Shown piece by piece: positions 26,812 through 35,812 of a DNA stretch of 42,233 nucleotides. Made by a program: the position numbers and the translations under genes. Numbering within the stretch: the first letter of the stretch is position 1; the number at the start of each line of letters is the position of its first letter. The stretch is from a virus (lineage: Duplodnaviria > Caudoviricetes): the IMG/VR virus record IMGVR_UViG_3300005613_000136, positions 1 to 42,233 of that record; one strand, 5' to 3'. The notes under the pieces were generated by a model that did no database searches, was not told the DNA's origin, and saw nothing but the letters and a program-made list of their open reading frames with translations.

Positions 26812-27981
26812 ATGCCTCCTGTACTTGAATCCGCAACCGAATCTCCTGTGGAAACACAGGAACGAGTTAAAGAGCAGCTTGAAGCTTCTGGCCAAGCAAC
26901 TGGCGCACGTCGTCAATTGCAGATTGACCGAGAAGCTGGTATCCCAACACAGCGTGTAACTGCTGACCGTTTCGGTGAAGGCACAGTTCCTACTGCGGCA
27001 GAACAACAAGCTACGACCCAGAACGTAACCGCTGCTGGGAACTTTGTTGATCTCGTCCGACAAAAGTCTCAAGATAAGATCAAACAACGACGCGACGAAC
27101 TCCTTAGCGCGCCGCAGAATTTTGATACTCAAATTGATCTACAGCGTGGAGCACTGCACACAGCTCTTGTCGATCAAGCATCGGCTCTGACACCAGAGAA
27201 CTTGCGCTGGCTCACACCACAACAACAATCAGCTATTCGTTCCGGAGACAAGAACTTGATTAAGACTGCAATCATCGGACTCAATAGCATCTCTCAGGCT
27301 CGTGCTAAGCGACAGGAAGCAACCCAAGCACGTAAAGAAGGAGTCCTAGATTTCCTTAGTGATAATAATCTTCTTGGTACCCTGTCAGAAGAACAGGCAA
27401 CACAACTCGAAACAGAGGTCGGTTTGCCTGTAGGTACTGTGTCTGCACTGGCAGAGCAGCAAGCGGATGGGCAGTTCACATTTGAGGTTCGCTCCTTGAA
27501 GGGTGATCGCTTTTTGCAGCTCAAGAAGGATGCGCGAACAGGCCAGATTGTGGGACAGGAGATCATCACGGCTGGGGGTGGTGCGCCTGGAGTCGTATCA
27601 ACAACAACGACCGTCACACCAGAGCCAGAACAAGCACTTTCATTTGAAGAATTCAGGAACCTTGCCATCACAGAGGGTGCATTTCTTGGTGACGCGTTGG
27701 GTTCTCCTACTGAAGAAACTATCAATGCGCTGTATCAGGATTATCTTGCTGAGACAGGTGCTACAACTGCACCACCTCAAGCACCAGCTCTTGCTGGTCC
27801 GAGTGATGAGGATGCTGTGAAACTTCTCTCTTCAACTGACAAGAAGAAGATGTTTGCTCAAGGTCTCGACCCAAACAATCCATCAGATGCACGTCAATAC
27901 ATTCAACAGAACTTCAGTGCAACTACAGAAGTTAGTCCAGAAGATGCAGCCTTCAATGCTTTCCTAGGAATTTCCGAATAA
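26812..27981 (+). CDS. Probable DNA ejection protein
   Basis: Ala/Gln/Thr-rich; position. Confidence 0.6.
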   Translation: MPPVLESATESPVETQERVKEQLEASGQATGARRQLQIDREAGIPTQRVTADRFGEGTVPTAAEQQATTQNVTAAGNFVDLVRQKSQDKIKQRRDELLSAPQNFDTQIDLQRGALHTALVDQASALTPENLRWLTPQQQSAIRSGDKNLIKTAIIGLNSISQARAKRQEATQARKEGVLDFLSDNNLLGTLSEEQATQLETEVGLPVGTVSALAEQQADGQFTFEVRSLKGDRFLQLKKDARTGQIVGQEIITAGGGAPGVVSTTTTVTPEPEQALSFEEFRNLAITEGAFLGDALGSPTEETINALYQDYLAETGATTAPPQAPALAGPSDEDAVKLLSSTDKKKMFAQGLDPNNPSDARQYIQQNFSATTEVSPEDAAFNAFLGISE

Positions 27982-27985
27982 ATTT

Positions 27986-30900
27986 ATGTCACTTGATGTA
28001 GCACGATCAGTTCTGCAAAAAGGCCAAGCAAAACAGGCTGGCCAAGTTATTAAAGTTGCAAAAACAACTGAGACACCACAGCAGGCTGTGGAACAGGTGG
28101 CAGAAACAGAGGGTATCAAAATTACACAACCACCAATCGTCTCTCCTTTCTTCACACCAGAGGCTAGTAAGGTCACCCCGATTGAGGGCGGCCGTGTCTT
28201 TACGTTTGAAGATGGGGGTGAATTTGCTCTCACTGAAGAGGGAAAGCCGTTTATTACACCTCGTAGAGTCAGCACACAGACGAAGAACGAATTGCGTGAA
28301 GGTACTTTTGCAGATACCTCACTTGAAGTGGACCATGTAATCAGTAAGGCAATCGGAGGTACGGACACACGTAAAAATTTACAGACACTCAAGTCTACAA
28401 AGACATTGTCTCAGACAGTTCAGGATTTTATTACAGGAAAAGATCGTCTTCCTGGGCAGTATGAACCCCGCAACCGACAAGAGGGGAAGGTCATTGTTGA
28501 ACAGAAGGCAATCAATAAATACAAGAGGGGCGACATCACACTGCCAGCGGCAAGAGAGGCTATCCGTAACTGGGACAAACCAGAGGTGGTCAACTTCTTG
28601 TTAGAAGAACAGGTGGTATCTCCAGATTTTGATACAGTAAATCTTACTGAAACAATCAGTCCTGAGCTCCGGCGTGGTATTCAGGAAGTGGGTGGTAGCG
28701 CAGCAGAAAAAGCCAAGGAGTTCATTGTTCGTCGCTCAAAAGAAGAGATTGCAAAGTCACCAACTCAAAGGCTTGAAGAAGCTCTCACAGTTCCTGTAGA
28801 TATTGTGAAGGGAACCGTTGATCTTCTCGCAAAGGTCCCTGGATTCATGGCCCGACAAATCACTTCCGGTGCCTTCAGCTTGATTGAATCAACCACAGAT
28901 CTTGAGCCAGAGTTCAAACCAGAAGGCCCTATTGAAGAGGCTTTCTTTGGGCAAGAGCCAATCGTTTCATTCCGCCGTCGTGTAGATGAATCAAAAGATA
29001 TCATCTCTGCTTTGGGTGCAGATGAAGATGAAGCAGGGCGACTTGCAATAATTGGTGTTGGTCTCAGCACTATGCTCGACTTGCCACCACTGCCGGGTAA
29101 AGCCGGTAAGGCAAAGGTTACTTCCTTGGTTAAGAATGAGTTGAAAGACCAAATTGGTGAGAAACTTGCAAAGGATATTGCCGAAGATGTTTCTCGTCGA
29201 GCAGATGAATTGATTACAATTCGTGATCCAATCAAACGACAAAGGGAAGTTGAGAATTTGTTAGATGGATATAACCGTGTAGTTCTCAAAGACTCCACAA
29301 AAGAGATTCCGAATATTGATCTGGCCTCAACGTCTGTGCGTAATAAGACCAGTATCCCTTTGGATTCTGCCAAGACCGCTGATAAGGTTACTGATATTAA
29401 GTCTGGTGCTCGAAGTTCCTTCCGAGAGAAGGAGCCTGGATTTGAGTTGTCAGAAGAGACTAAGTTCCAAAAACTACAGCGGAATCTTCAAGACAAGATG
29501 AATCGACTCGGCTTTGTTCAGAAGACTATTGAAGAAACAAAAGGCGTGAAACTTGCAGATGATGTAGATGCCTACTTGCAAGCTGAGTTATTTATTGGAC
29601 GCGCGAAACAACGCTTGGACAACTTTGACCGAACGACACTTGAGCCACTACTCAAGACCATGAAAGATGCTGACGTCTCGCTAGACGAGTTCGGAACATA
29701 CCTTTATGCCAAGCATGCTCCTGAACGTAATGCAAAGATCTTCGATGAATTCGGCAAGCTCAATGGTAGTGGAATGACAGATGACGAGGCTAAGGCAATT
29801 CTCAAAGGATTCCAGGACTCAGGGAAACTTCGCAACATGGACGAGCTACAGAAGCTCTTCCAGAAGAACATCACAAATCAACGAATCAATATTCTTCGTG
29901 AAGCAGGTATTCTTTCTACTGACTCAGCAAATACCTTACGAACAAGCTATAACAACTACGCCCCATTGAAGGGACGAGCTGATCTTGATGACATGCGCCT
30001 TCGCGGACAGGGCTTTAGTTTGTCTGGAAAAGATATTAAACGAGCTAAGGGACGTGAATCACAAGCCCAGAACAACCCATTCACACAGGCTGTACTTGAT
30101 TTCGAGGACTCTGCTATCCGTGCGGAGAAGAATAAGGTTGGTCAAACACTCCTTAAACTCGCAGAAGAAAACCCAAACCCTAAAGTGTGGGAGGTGGAGA
30201 ACCTCAAGTTCACCCCAGTATTCGACAAGTCCGGTGAGATCCAATACTTCGATCCTAAGTTCAAGTTCGCTGACAATGTTGTACAGGTATATGAGGACGG
30301 TAAGTTGAAGTTGATTACCATTCATGACAAGGCTCTTGCTGAGGCAATGAAGAACATGGGTACCGAACGAGGTATCCGATTCTTACAGAATGTAAATAAC
30401 TTCTTGCGTTCAGTTAACACCACAGTGAACCCAGAATTCCTCATCACTAACTTTGAACGTGATATTCAGACAGCCCTTATTCACTTGGGCGGAGAACAAA
30501 GCGCAGAGATGGCAGGTCAGGTGCTCAAAGATGTGCCTTCAGCAATGAAGGGTGTTTGGAATAACGTACGAAAGGGTGACATTGATAGCGAGTGGGCGGC
30601 TTTGTATCAGGAAATGAAGGAACAGGGTGGTCGTGTTGGGTTCTTTGACTCTAAGGGAATCGAAGATAAGACAAACGATTTGCTAAAGAAGATCCGAAAC
30701 TATCAGGCTGATAACACGAAAGAAAAGATGGCTTCATTCCTCAATGGAGTCGGTGAGTATGTCGAGGCATCAAACGAAGCAGTAGAAAGTGCAACGCGCT
30801 TGTCTGCTTACAAGGCCGCAAAAGATGCCGGGATGAGTAAAGAACGGGCTGCACAACTCGCGAAGAATCTAACAATCAACTTTAACAAAAAAGGAAACTG

Positions 30901-32002
30901 GGGTTCTGCCCTCAATTCCTTGTACTTGTTTGCCAATGCGGGTATTCAAGGTTCAACGAAGATGATTTCTGCAATGGTGAAATCACCTAAGATCAGGAAG
31001 ATTGCTGCTGGTATCGTGGCAACATCATACGGTCTCAATGAGATGAACCATGCAATCAATGCAGAAGAGTATAAAAAGATTGATGATTCAATCAAGGATC
31101 GCAACTACATCTTCATGATGCCGAACGGTAACTATATTAAGGTACCGCTGCCTTATGGTTACAACATTTTGAAAGTGATGGGAGATGTGATGTTTGAGAC
31201 CACGCGTGGTCAGAAGACACCTACTGATTCAATGAAGCGTTTGGCTATGGCCTCAAATGAGGCGTTTAACCCTCTCAGTAGTGGTAGCTTCAATCAGACA
31301 ATTTCACCTACGTTCTTTGATCCATTCGTTCAAGCGGCAGAAAATAAGAACTGGTTCGGTGGACCAATCAAGCCAGAGAATCTTCCTTTCGGACCACAGA
31401 GAAAGGAGAGCGATCTCTACTTTGGTTCTGTTCGACCTACGAGCAAGAAGATTACTAATTGGATAAACAAAGCTACGGGTGGTAATGATCTTGAGGCTGG
31501 ATTTGCTGATGTATCACCTGAACTTCTCGATCACTTCCTCGACTTCACCACTGGTGGAGCCGGACGTTTTGTGGCAAACACGTTTGAGTCAGGTACTGGT
31601 CTGCTGAATAAGGATTTCCCAGATATCAAAAACATGCCGTTCGTTCGAAAACTGATCGGCACGCCTTCTGAGTATTATGAATCACGAATCATCAACCAGA
31701 CACTGAAAGATCGTGAGATTAGATTGTTCGATAAGAAAGAAGAAGAAGAGTTCAAGTCATCAATTCGACATGAACTTCTTGAAGGTAACATCACACGTGA
31801 TGAAGCTAAAACAGCAGTACGGCAGTATCTCGGTGGTCAATCAAAGGTGAAGGCCAATCGCGCGTTCGAGCAAATGCAACAACTACCACCAGATCAACGT
31901 GCTGATGCAGTTAAAGATCTTGATACGAAATCGTTAGAGCAGCTTAAAAAGCTGATTTCTTCCAGCCTACAAGAGCAAGCAGAGCAAGACCAACAACAAT
32001 AA
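27986..32002 (+). CDS. Large ejection / polyvalent protein with N-terminal HNH motif and C-terminal LPD38-like domain
   Basis: EVDHVISKAIGGTDTRKNLQTL; YIKVPLPYGY, ENKNWFGGPI, SPELLDHFL..TGGAG. Confidence 0.75.
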   Translation: MSLDVARSVLQKGQAKQAGQVIKVAKTTETPQQAVEQVAETEGIKITQPPIVSPFFTPEASKVTPIEGGRVFTFEDGGEFALTEEGKPFITPRRVSTQTKNELREGTFADTSLEVDHVISKAIGGTDTRKNLQTLKSTKTLSQTVQDFITGKDRLPGQYEPRNRQEGKVIVEQKAINKYKRGDITLPAAREAIRNWDKPEVVNFLLEEQVVSPDFDTVNLTETISPELRRGIQEVGGSAAEKAKEFIVRRSKEEIAKSPTQRLEEALTVPVDIVKGTVDLLAKVPGFMARQITSGAFSLIESTTDLEPEFKPEGPIEEAFFGQEPIVSFRRRVDESKDIISALGADEDEAGRLAIIGVGLSTMLDLPPLPGKAGKAKVTSLVKNELKDQIGEKLAKDIAEDVSRRADELITIRDPIKRQREVENLLDGYNRVVLKDSTKEIPNIDLASTSVRNKTSIPLDSAKTADKVTDIKSGARSSFREKEPGFELSEETKFQKLQRNLQDKMNRLGFVQKTIEETKGVKLADDVDAYLQAELFIGRAKQRLDNFDRTTLEPLLKTMKDADVSLDEFGTYLYAKHAPERNAKIFDEFGKLNGSGMTDDEAKAILKGFQDSGKLRNMDELQKLFQKNITNQRINILREAGILSTDSANTLRTSYNNYAPLKGRADLDDMRLRGQGFSLSGKDIKRAKGRESQAQNNPFTQAVLDFEDSAIRAEKNKVGQTLLKLAEENPNPKVWEVENLKFTPVFDKSGEIQYFDPKFKFADNVVQVYEDGKLKLITIHDKALAEAMKNMGTERGIRFLQNVNNFLRSVNTTVNPEFLITNFERDIQTALIHLGGEQSAEMAGQVLKDVPSAMKGVWNNVRKGDIDSEWAALYQEMKEQGGRVGFFDSKGIEDKTNDLLKKIRNYQADNTKEKMASFLNGVGEYVEASNEAVESATRLSAYKAAKDAGMSKERAAQLAKNLTINFNKKGNWGSALNSLYLFANAGIQGSTKMISAMVKSPKIRKIAAGIVATSYGLNEMNHAINAEEYKKIDDSIKDRNYIFMMPNGNYIKVPLPYGYNILKVMGDVMFETTRGQKTPTDSMKRLAMASNEAFNPLSSGSFNQTISPTFFDPFVQAAENKNWFGGPIKPENLPFGPQRKESDLYFGSVRPTSKKITNWINKATGGNDLEAGFADVSPELLDHFLDFTTGGAGRFVANTFESGTGLLNKDFPDIKNMPFVRKLIGTPSEYYESRIINQTLKDREIRLFDKKEEEEFKSSIRHELLEGNITRDEAKTAVRQYLGGQSKVKANRAFEQMQQLPPDQRADAVKDLDTKSLEQLKKLISSSLQEQAEQDQQQ

Positions 32003-32135
32003 CTGCCCCCACAGGGGTGAAGTAAGCATTCATCAGCACCACACCGATTGTGATTAACGGTGCTACAATGAGACCTACGATTAGTACGAGGCTGCCTAGC
32101 AATAGGTAGGCGCCAATGACTTTGAGTATTTCCAT
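31944..32135 (-). CDS. Small two-TM membrane protein
   Basis: Almost entirely hydrophobic, TATG start; last gene of the leftward operon. Confidence 0.7.
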   Translation of the reverse strand: MEILKVIGAYLLLGSLVLIVGLIVAPLITIGVVLMNAYFTPVGAVIVVGLALLALVGWKKSAF

Positions 32136-32144
32136 AGAATTAAA

Positions 32145-32291
32145 TTAGCTAAATAGTTTGATAAGTAGATGGATCACGATATCGACGAACAGTAAAATGA
32201 TCTTGATCGAAACACCAAGAACAAGGATGCCAATACCTAGAGCTGCTAGATTCACTAGACATGTACCTGCTGAATTGAGTTGATGTTTCAT
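32145..32291 (-). CDS. 48-aa membrane micropeptide
   Basis: Hand-translated MKHQLNSAGTCLVNLAALGIGILVLGVSIKIILLFVDIVIHLLIKLFS. Confidence 0.65.
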   Translation of the reverse strand: MKHQLNSAGTCLVNLAALGIGILVLGVSIKIILLFVDIVIHLLIKLFS

Positions 32292-32317
32292 ATAATTATT
32301 TTTGACAGGCCAATCTA

Positions 32318-32647
32318 TCACGGATTGGTCTTTTTGTCAATGTATTCAGGATACTTACCTTCTAAGTAAGCTTTCTCCTTGAGCCAAAGCGGCTTGGATT
32401 TAGGGTATTTATTGAGGTTATCTTCTGTGGACTGCTGGTATGCAATCATCCTGTTCAACTCCTTCTTTAGTCCTTTGCCTAGATGGTGATACCAACAAAG
32501 TATCACACAATTCCATGCCTCTTCATTCTTACGACCTAGAGCGTGCTCGATCGTCATCCTTCCCGAGCATGTTCCTTCTTGTCTTCTGGCACACAGTTGT
32601 GGTCTGGACAGCACCTCCTCCAGAACCTTTCTTTTCATTGCTTTCAT
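32318..32647 (-). CDS. HNH-like / NinG-like zinc nuclease-fold protein
   Basis: C...C....IEHALG...WNCVILCWYHH. Confidence 0.6.
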   Translation of the reverse strand: MKAMKRKVLEEVLSRPQLCARRQEGTCSGRMTIEHALGRKNEEAWNCVILCWYHHLGKGLKKELNRMIAYQQSTEDNLNKYPKSKPLWLKEKAYLEGKYPEYIDKKTNP

Positions 32648-32768
32648 ACTGAACTCTGAACACGATTATGTAAATCAATCTAACGTGCGCACTCCCAATG
32701 TGCGCAGACAGTATCGCTGTACTGCCCATGAGTTGTAACAAAGAACGATATCGTGTTCAGGATTCAGC
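32648..32768 (-). ncRNA. Multibranch RNA structure abutting a start codon
   Basis: 11-bp perfect stem 32656-32666/32750-32760 extended by G-U pairs on the - strand; inner CAGTA/TACTG and TGCGCAC/GTGCGCA hairpins. Confidence 0.5.
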
Positions 32769-32771
32769 AGG

Positions 32772-32888
32772 CTACATGTTGAGTGTAACCGCTTGGTTCA
32801 GAAGTAGTGCCGTACCAACAAGTAGTACGCCAACAATCATGAACATGATGAGAATCGGGCCGAAGCAGCCTTTGAATAGGTTTTTCAT
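32772..32888 (-). CDS. 38-aa membrane micropeptide
   Basis: Hand-translated MKNLFKGCFGPILIMFMIVGVLLVGTALLLNQAVTLNM; ATGA overlap with the upstream gene. Confidence 0.7.
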   Translation of the reverse strand: MKNLFKGCFGPILIMFMIVGVLLVGTALLLNQAVTLNM

Positions 32889-33298
32889 ACTTCAATGTGT
32901 TTGTTTTCAATGAGCCAGATAAGGGCTTTAGCGCGGGCGTTGGCTTCTGTGTCGGATTCATGCACCGGGGTCGTTGCGTCATAACCGAAGTACCAAACAA
33001 CTCTCCCGTCATCCATTTTGTGTTTACCCGTATCCCAACCTAAAAGACGGTCAAACTCATTAACGAATATCTCTGGCAGCATCTCTCCTAGCTCGGCTAC
33101 CGTGAAGGCGGAGATCTTATTATCTGGTACGAATGAATCGGCTTCGTAAGACGTGTTCATTGGAGAAATGTAGTTACATTCTAGAACATACGGACGGTCT
33201 CCATATTTTACCAACTCCCACACACTCTCTTGTTTCACACCTAACGCTTTCAATTGTTTTGCTAGCTCAAGTGAGCAGACTTGTTGTTCGATGTTCAT
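32885..33298 (-). CDS. Conserved-type phage hypothetical protein
   Basis: QVCSLELAKQLKALG...SAFTVAELGEMLP...TEANARAKALIWL pattern. Confidence 0.85.
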   Translation of the reverse strand: MNIEQQVCSLELAKQLKALGVKQESVWELVKYGDRPYVLECNYISPMNTSYEADSFVPDNKISAFTVAELGEMLPEIFVNEFDRLLGWDTGKHKMDDGRVVWYFGYDATTPVHESDTEANARAKALIWLIENKHIEV

Positions 33299-33403
33299 AT
33301 ATTTTCACTTCCTCAATATAGTGTGTAGAAAATCCGCTCTTATAGATGTTAGCTATCTCCTCCTCGTGTTGGGGACATGGTGTCTCAGAACAAAAATGTA
33401 TGT

Positions 33404-33760
33404 TCATACCTTCGATTCATTGTATTGGTTGAGAGCAATCCATTGCTTACACAAAGGACAATCAGGTTCAGACGTATCACACTTTGGTAAACATTCTTCA
33501 ACCACCTGAACAAGCTCACGTGCAGCGAGGAGTTCTTTGTAGATTGCTGGAAAAGTGTTGTGGAGTCTGGCAAATATGTGTGTATTTATTTCTGTGTCAA
33601 ACACCGCAATCTCTGCATGACCACGGACTTTTGTAATGCGCCATGTCTTGTCATTGGTGCGATACACAACCTCTACTGGCCCTTTTACACCTTCTTCATA
33701 AATATTTTTAAGGTGCGCCAACTGTTCGTCGGGTAGGAATGTTAAGTGTTTGTTCTTCAT
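33404..33760 (-). CDS. Hypothetical protein
   Basis: TATG start; C-terminal C.....CPLC. Confidence 0.75.
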   Translation of the reverse strand: MKNKHLTFLPDEQLAHLKNIYEEGVKGPVEVVYRTNDKTWRITKVRGHAEIAVFDTEINTHIFARLHNTFPAIYKELLAARELVQVVEECLPKCDTSEPDCPLCKQWIALNQYNESKV

Positions 33761-33828
33761 ACATTTGTAGAAAAGTGCTCTGGTATTTACACCGCCGGAG
33801 CAGCGGCGAGATACAGATCACCTCCTTG

Positions 33829-33933
33829 CTAGAGTGCGCACGCCATAACGAGCATGCCGTACGTCGCTAGGACAACGATGACGAATGAGAGTCCTGTCTT
33901 TAGGGCGTTCTTCCAGTTCAATTTCACCTCCAT
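33829..33933 (-). CDS. 34-aa hydrophobic peptide
   Basis: Hand-translated MEVKLNWKNALKTGLSFVIVVLATYGMLVMACAL; alternative TTG start just after GGAGGTGA. Confidence 0.55.
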   Translation of the reverse strand: MEVKLNWKNALKTGLSFVIVVLATYGMLVMACAL

Positions 33934-33958
33934 TGAACGCACAAACGTGTTATGCGCT

Positions 33959-34432
33959 CTAGGAAATTAAATTTAATTTAGCAAATTCACCATACATTTT
34001 TCTCGCAGCATCATTATATGCTCTTGCCGCCAACAGCTCATCTTCAAAACTTCCGAGGTGAACTCTGGCACCTTCTGAAGAAGTGATGTGCGCTACCCAT
34101 TTTTTATTATTCTTGTGCCAACAGACGCCTTTGAACTTTGAGGAACAGACCCGTTTTAAGGATGATCTGTTTTGAGAATTTTGTCGTTGAGTTGCGTGTC
34201 GCAAATTTGATGCTCTATTATCGAGCTTATTGCCATTTATGTGATCTGTCACAAATCCTTTTTTTGACGGAAAAATAATGCGATGAGCTTTTACTGTTTT
34301 GCCATTCACCCATCCTGCTGGATAACCACCCCCATTCAGCGACCAACTGATGCTCGAAATGAATTCATAATCCTCGTCGTCAATGAGCATTTCAAGGTAG
34401 TCTTGTTTATTTTTTACTTTTATTTTTTTCAT
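33959..34432 (-). CDS. HNH endonuclease with AP2 domain (homing-endonuclease type)
   Basis: AHRII...TDHINGNKLDNRASNLR...QN plus SKFKGVCW...KW.AHI...HLGSF....AARAYN.AA...YGEFA. Confidence 0.93.
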   Translation of the reverse strand: MKKIKVKNKQDYLEMLIDDEDYEFISSISWSLNGGGYPAGWVNGKTVKAHRIIFPSKKGFVTDHINGNKLDNRASNLRHATQRQNSQNRSSLKRVCSSKFKGVCWHKNNKKWVAHITSSEGARVHLGSFEDELLAARAYNDAARKMYGEFAKLNLIS

Positions 34433-34459
34433 ATTCGCGCCACTACTGCGTTGAAGAGA

Positions 34460-34795
34460 TCAAAAGAGTTTACGTAACCAGTGGGCAATCTTCCTATTTA
34501 ACCTGTTGTTCTTAATTGGGATAAGAACATAGTGACGCTTCACAAACTGTGCAAACCAGAAAGCTGAATGTTTTGTGTACTCCTTTTCAGGTAGTTTGAT
34601 GCTGTCAAAATACGCTGCGTAAATCGCGTCAATGAAATGCTTACTCTTCCTGTAAAAAGCAGAATTTTGGTTTTGTTTTTGATGATTGAGAGAACATCTC
34701 GCTATACCAATAGCAGCCGAAGGCTTAATGCTTAAGTTATACTCTCTTTCTAGTAATGCATGTACGTCATTAGCTATTTTTTGCTCTAGCTTCAT
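34460..34795 (-). CDS. Hypothetical protein
   Basis: TATG start; AT-rich segment. Confidence 0.7.
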   Translation of the reverse strand: MKLEQKIANDVHALLEREYNLSIKPSAAIGIARCSLNHQKQNQNSAFYRKSKHFIDAIYAAYFDSIKLPEKEYTKHSAFWFAQFVKRHYVLIPIKNNRLNRKIAHWLRKLF

Positions 34796-34805
34796 ATAAT
34801 TTGAG

Positions 34806-34846
34806 AAAAAAAGCGGGCGTTACTCACCTCCAGAGGATAGCCGCTT
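34806..34846 (-). terminator. Intrinsic terminator candidate
   Basis: AAGCGG...CCGCTT followed by a T-run on the - strand. Confidence 0.5.
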
Positions 34847-34888
34847 AGTCGGGTTACGCGCCCGGCAGCTCCCCACTGGAAGAGGGGA

Positions 34889-35653
34889 TTACTCCCCTAA
34901 ATGATTTCTAAGAGCTTCCTTGATTGTTCTCTTGCTCCATTTCTTTTCGTCGATTTCTACAAGGTCTTCTGGCTCATTTACGTTTATACCTGTGATCTCT
35001 TCAAAGATTGCTGCATCGAACCCCGGAAGACTGAGGAACCGCTCATGGTCTTTTGGATTTTCTTTCCACCAAATACGACACGCCTCTTTGAAGTCGAGCG
35101 TCTTTAGATAACCTCCCATTGTTTCCCATCCCTTTACATTCTTTTTCTCCTCGTCTGTCATATCTTCTTTATTCACCCAACGATTCAAAGGGATGTCAGC
35201 ATAAATATTATGTTTTTCGTAAAACTCTTCAACCGTCATGTCTAATTCTTTGTTAAACAAACGCATCTTTGAACTGTCGGTGTTGAATGATCCTGAGTTC
35301 CGGTCTCCTGAGTTCCAGTGTCCTGAGTTCCAGTCTCCTGAGTTCCAGTGTCCTGAGTTCCAGTCTCCTGAGTTCCGGTCTCCTGAGTTCCAGTCTCCTG
35401 AGTTCCAGTCTCCTGAGTTCCAGTCTCCTGAGTTCCGGTCTCCTGAGTTCCAGTCTCCTGAGTTCCAGTGTCCTGAGTTCCAGTCTCCTGAGTTCCGGTC
35501 TCCTGAGTTCCGGTCTCCTGAGTTCCAGTGTCCTGAGTTCCGGTCTCCTGAGTTCCAGTGTCCTGAGTTCCGGTCTCCTGAGTTCCAGTCTCCTGAGTTC
35601 CAGTGTCCTGAGTTCCAGTCTCCTGAGTTCCAGTCTCCTGTATTTTTTGTCAT
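34889..35653 (-). CDS. Pentapeptide (NSGxx) repeat protein
   Basis: 23 N(S/T)G(D/H)(W/R) units plus C-terminal GGYLK...LPGFDAAIFEEITGI domain; start moved to MTKNTG. Confidence 0.9.
   Translation of the reverse strand: MTKNTGDWNSGDWNSGHWNSGDWNSGDRNSGHWNSGDRNSGHWNSGDRNSGDRNSGDWNSGHWNSGDWNSGDRNSGDWNSGDWNSGDWNSGDRNSGDWNSGHWNSGDWNSGHWNSGDRNSGSFNTDSSKMRLFNKELDMTVEEFYEKHNIYADIPLNRWVNKEDMTDEEKKNVKGWETMGGYLKTLDFKEACRIWWKENPKDHERFLSLPGFDAAIFEEITGINVNEPEDLVEIDEKKWSKRTIKEALRNHLGE
35300..35644 (-). repeat. 15-bp tandem repeat, 23 units
   Basis: AACTCAGGA(G/C)AC(T/C)GG. Confidence 0.97.
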
Positions 35654-35664
35654 ATGTTTATATA

Positions 35665-35811
35665 TTACGTTCCTAACATTATACCGCGCATAGCCTCGGC
35701 ACACACTCTCGGTAGCGTGAAGTGCTGTACAACAGCGTATCCAAGGCAGATTACTGACGTTGCGTAGGCTAGGTGATGGCGTTTAATTGGTGGCTTTACC
35801 TCCTTTGGCAT
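35665..35811 (-). CDS. 48-aa peptide with a hydrophobic segment
   Basis: Start moved to the TGAtATG at 35811 (MPKEVK...). Confidence 0.6.
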   Translation of the reverse strand: MPKEVKPPIKRHHLAYATSVICLGYAVVQHFTLPRVCAEAMRGIMLGT

Positions 35812-35812
35812 A

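Noticed and set aside
28765-29373. Long antisense ORFs within structural genes (also 4769-5143, 25304-25741, 27294-27725)
   Set aside because: They lie opposite well-supported genes and have Ser/Leu-rich shadow composition with no motifs.
35285-35644. 15-bp tandem array as CRISPR, or the + strand ORFs 35238-35693 and 35287-35676 as genes
   Set aside because: There are no unique spacers; the + strand ORFs are shadows of a stop-free repeat, while the - strand frame continues into a non-repetitive domain.
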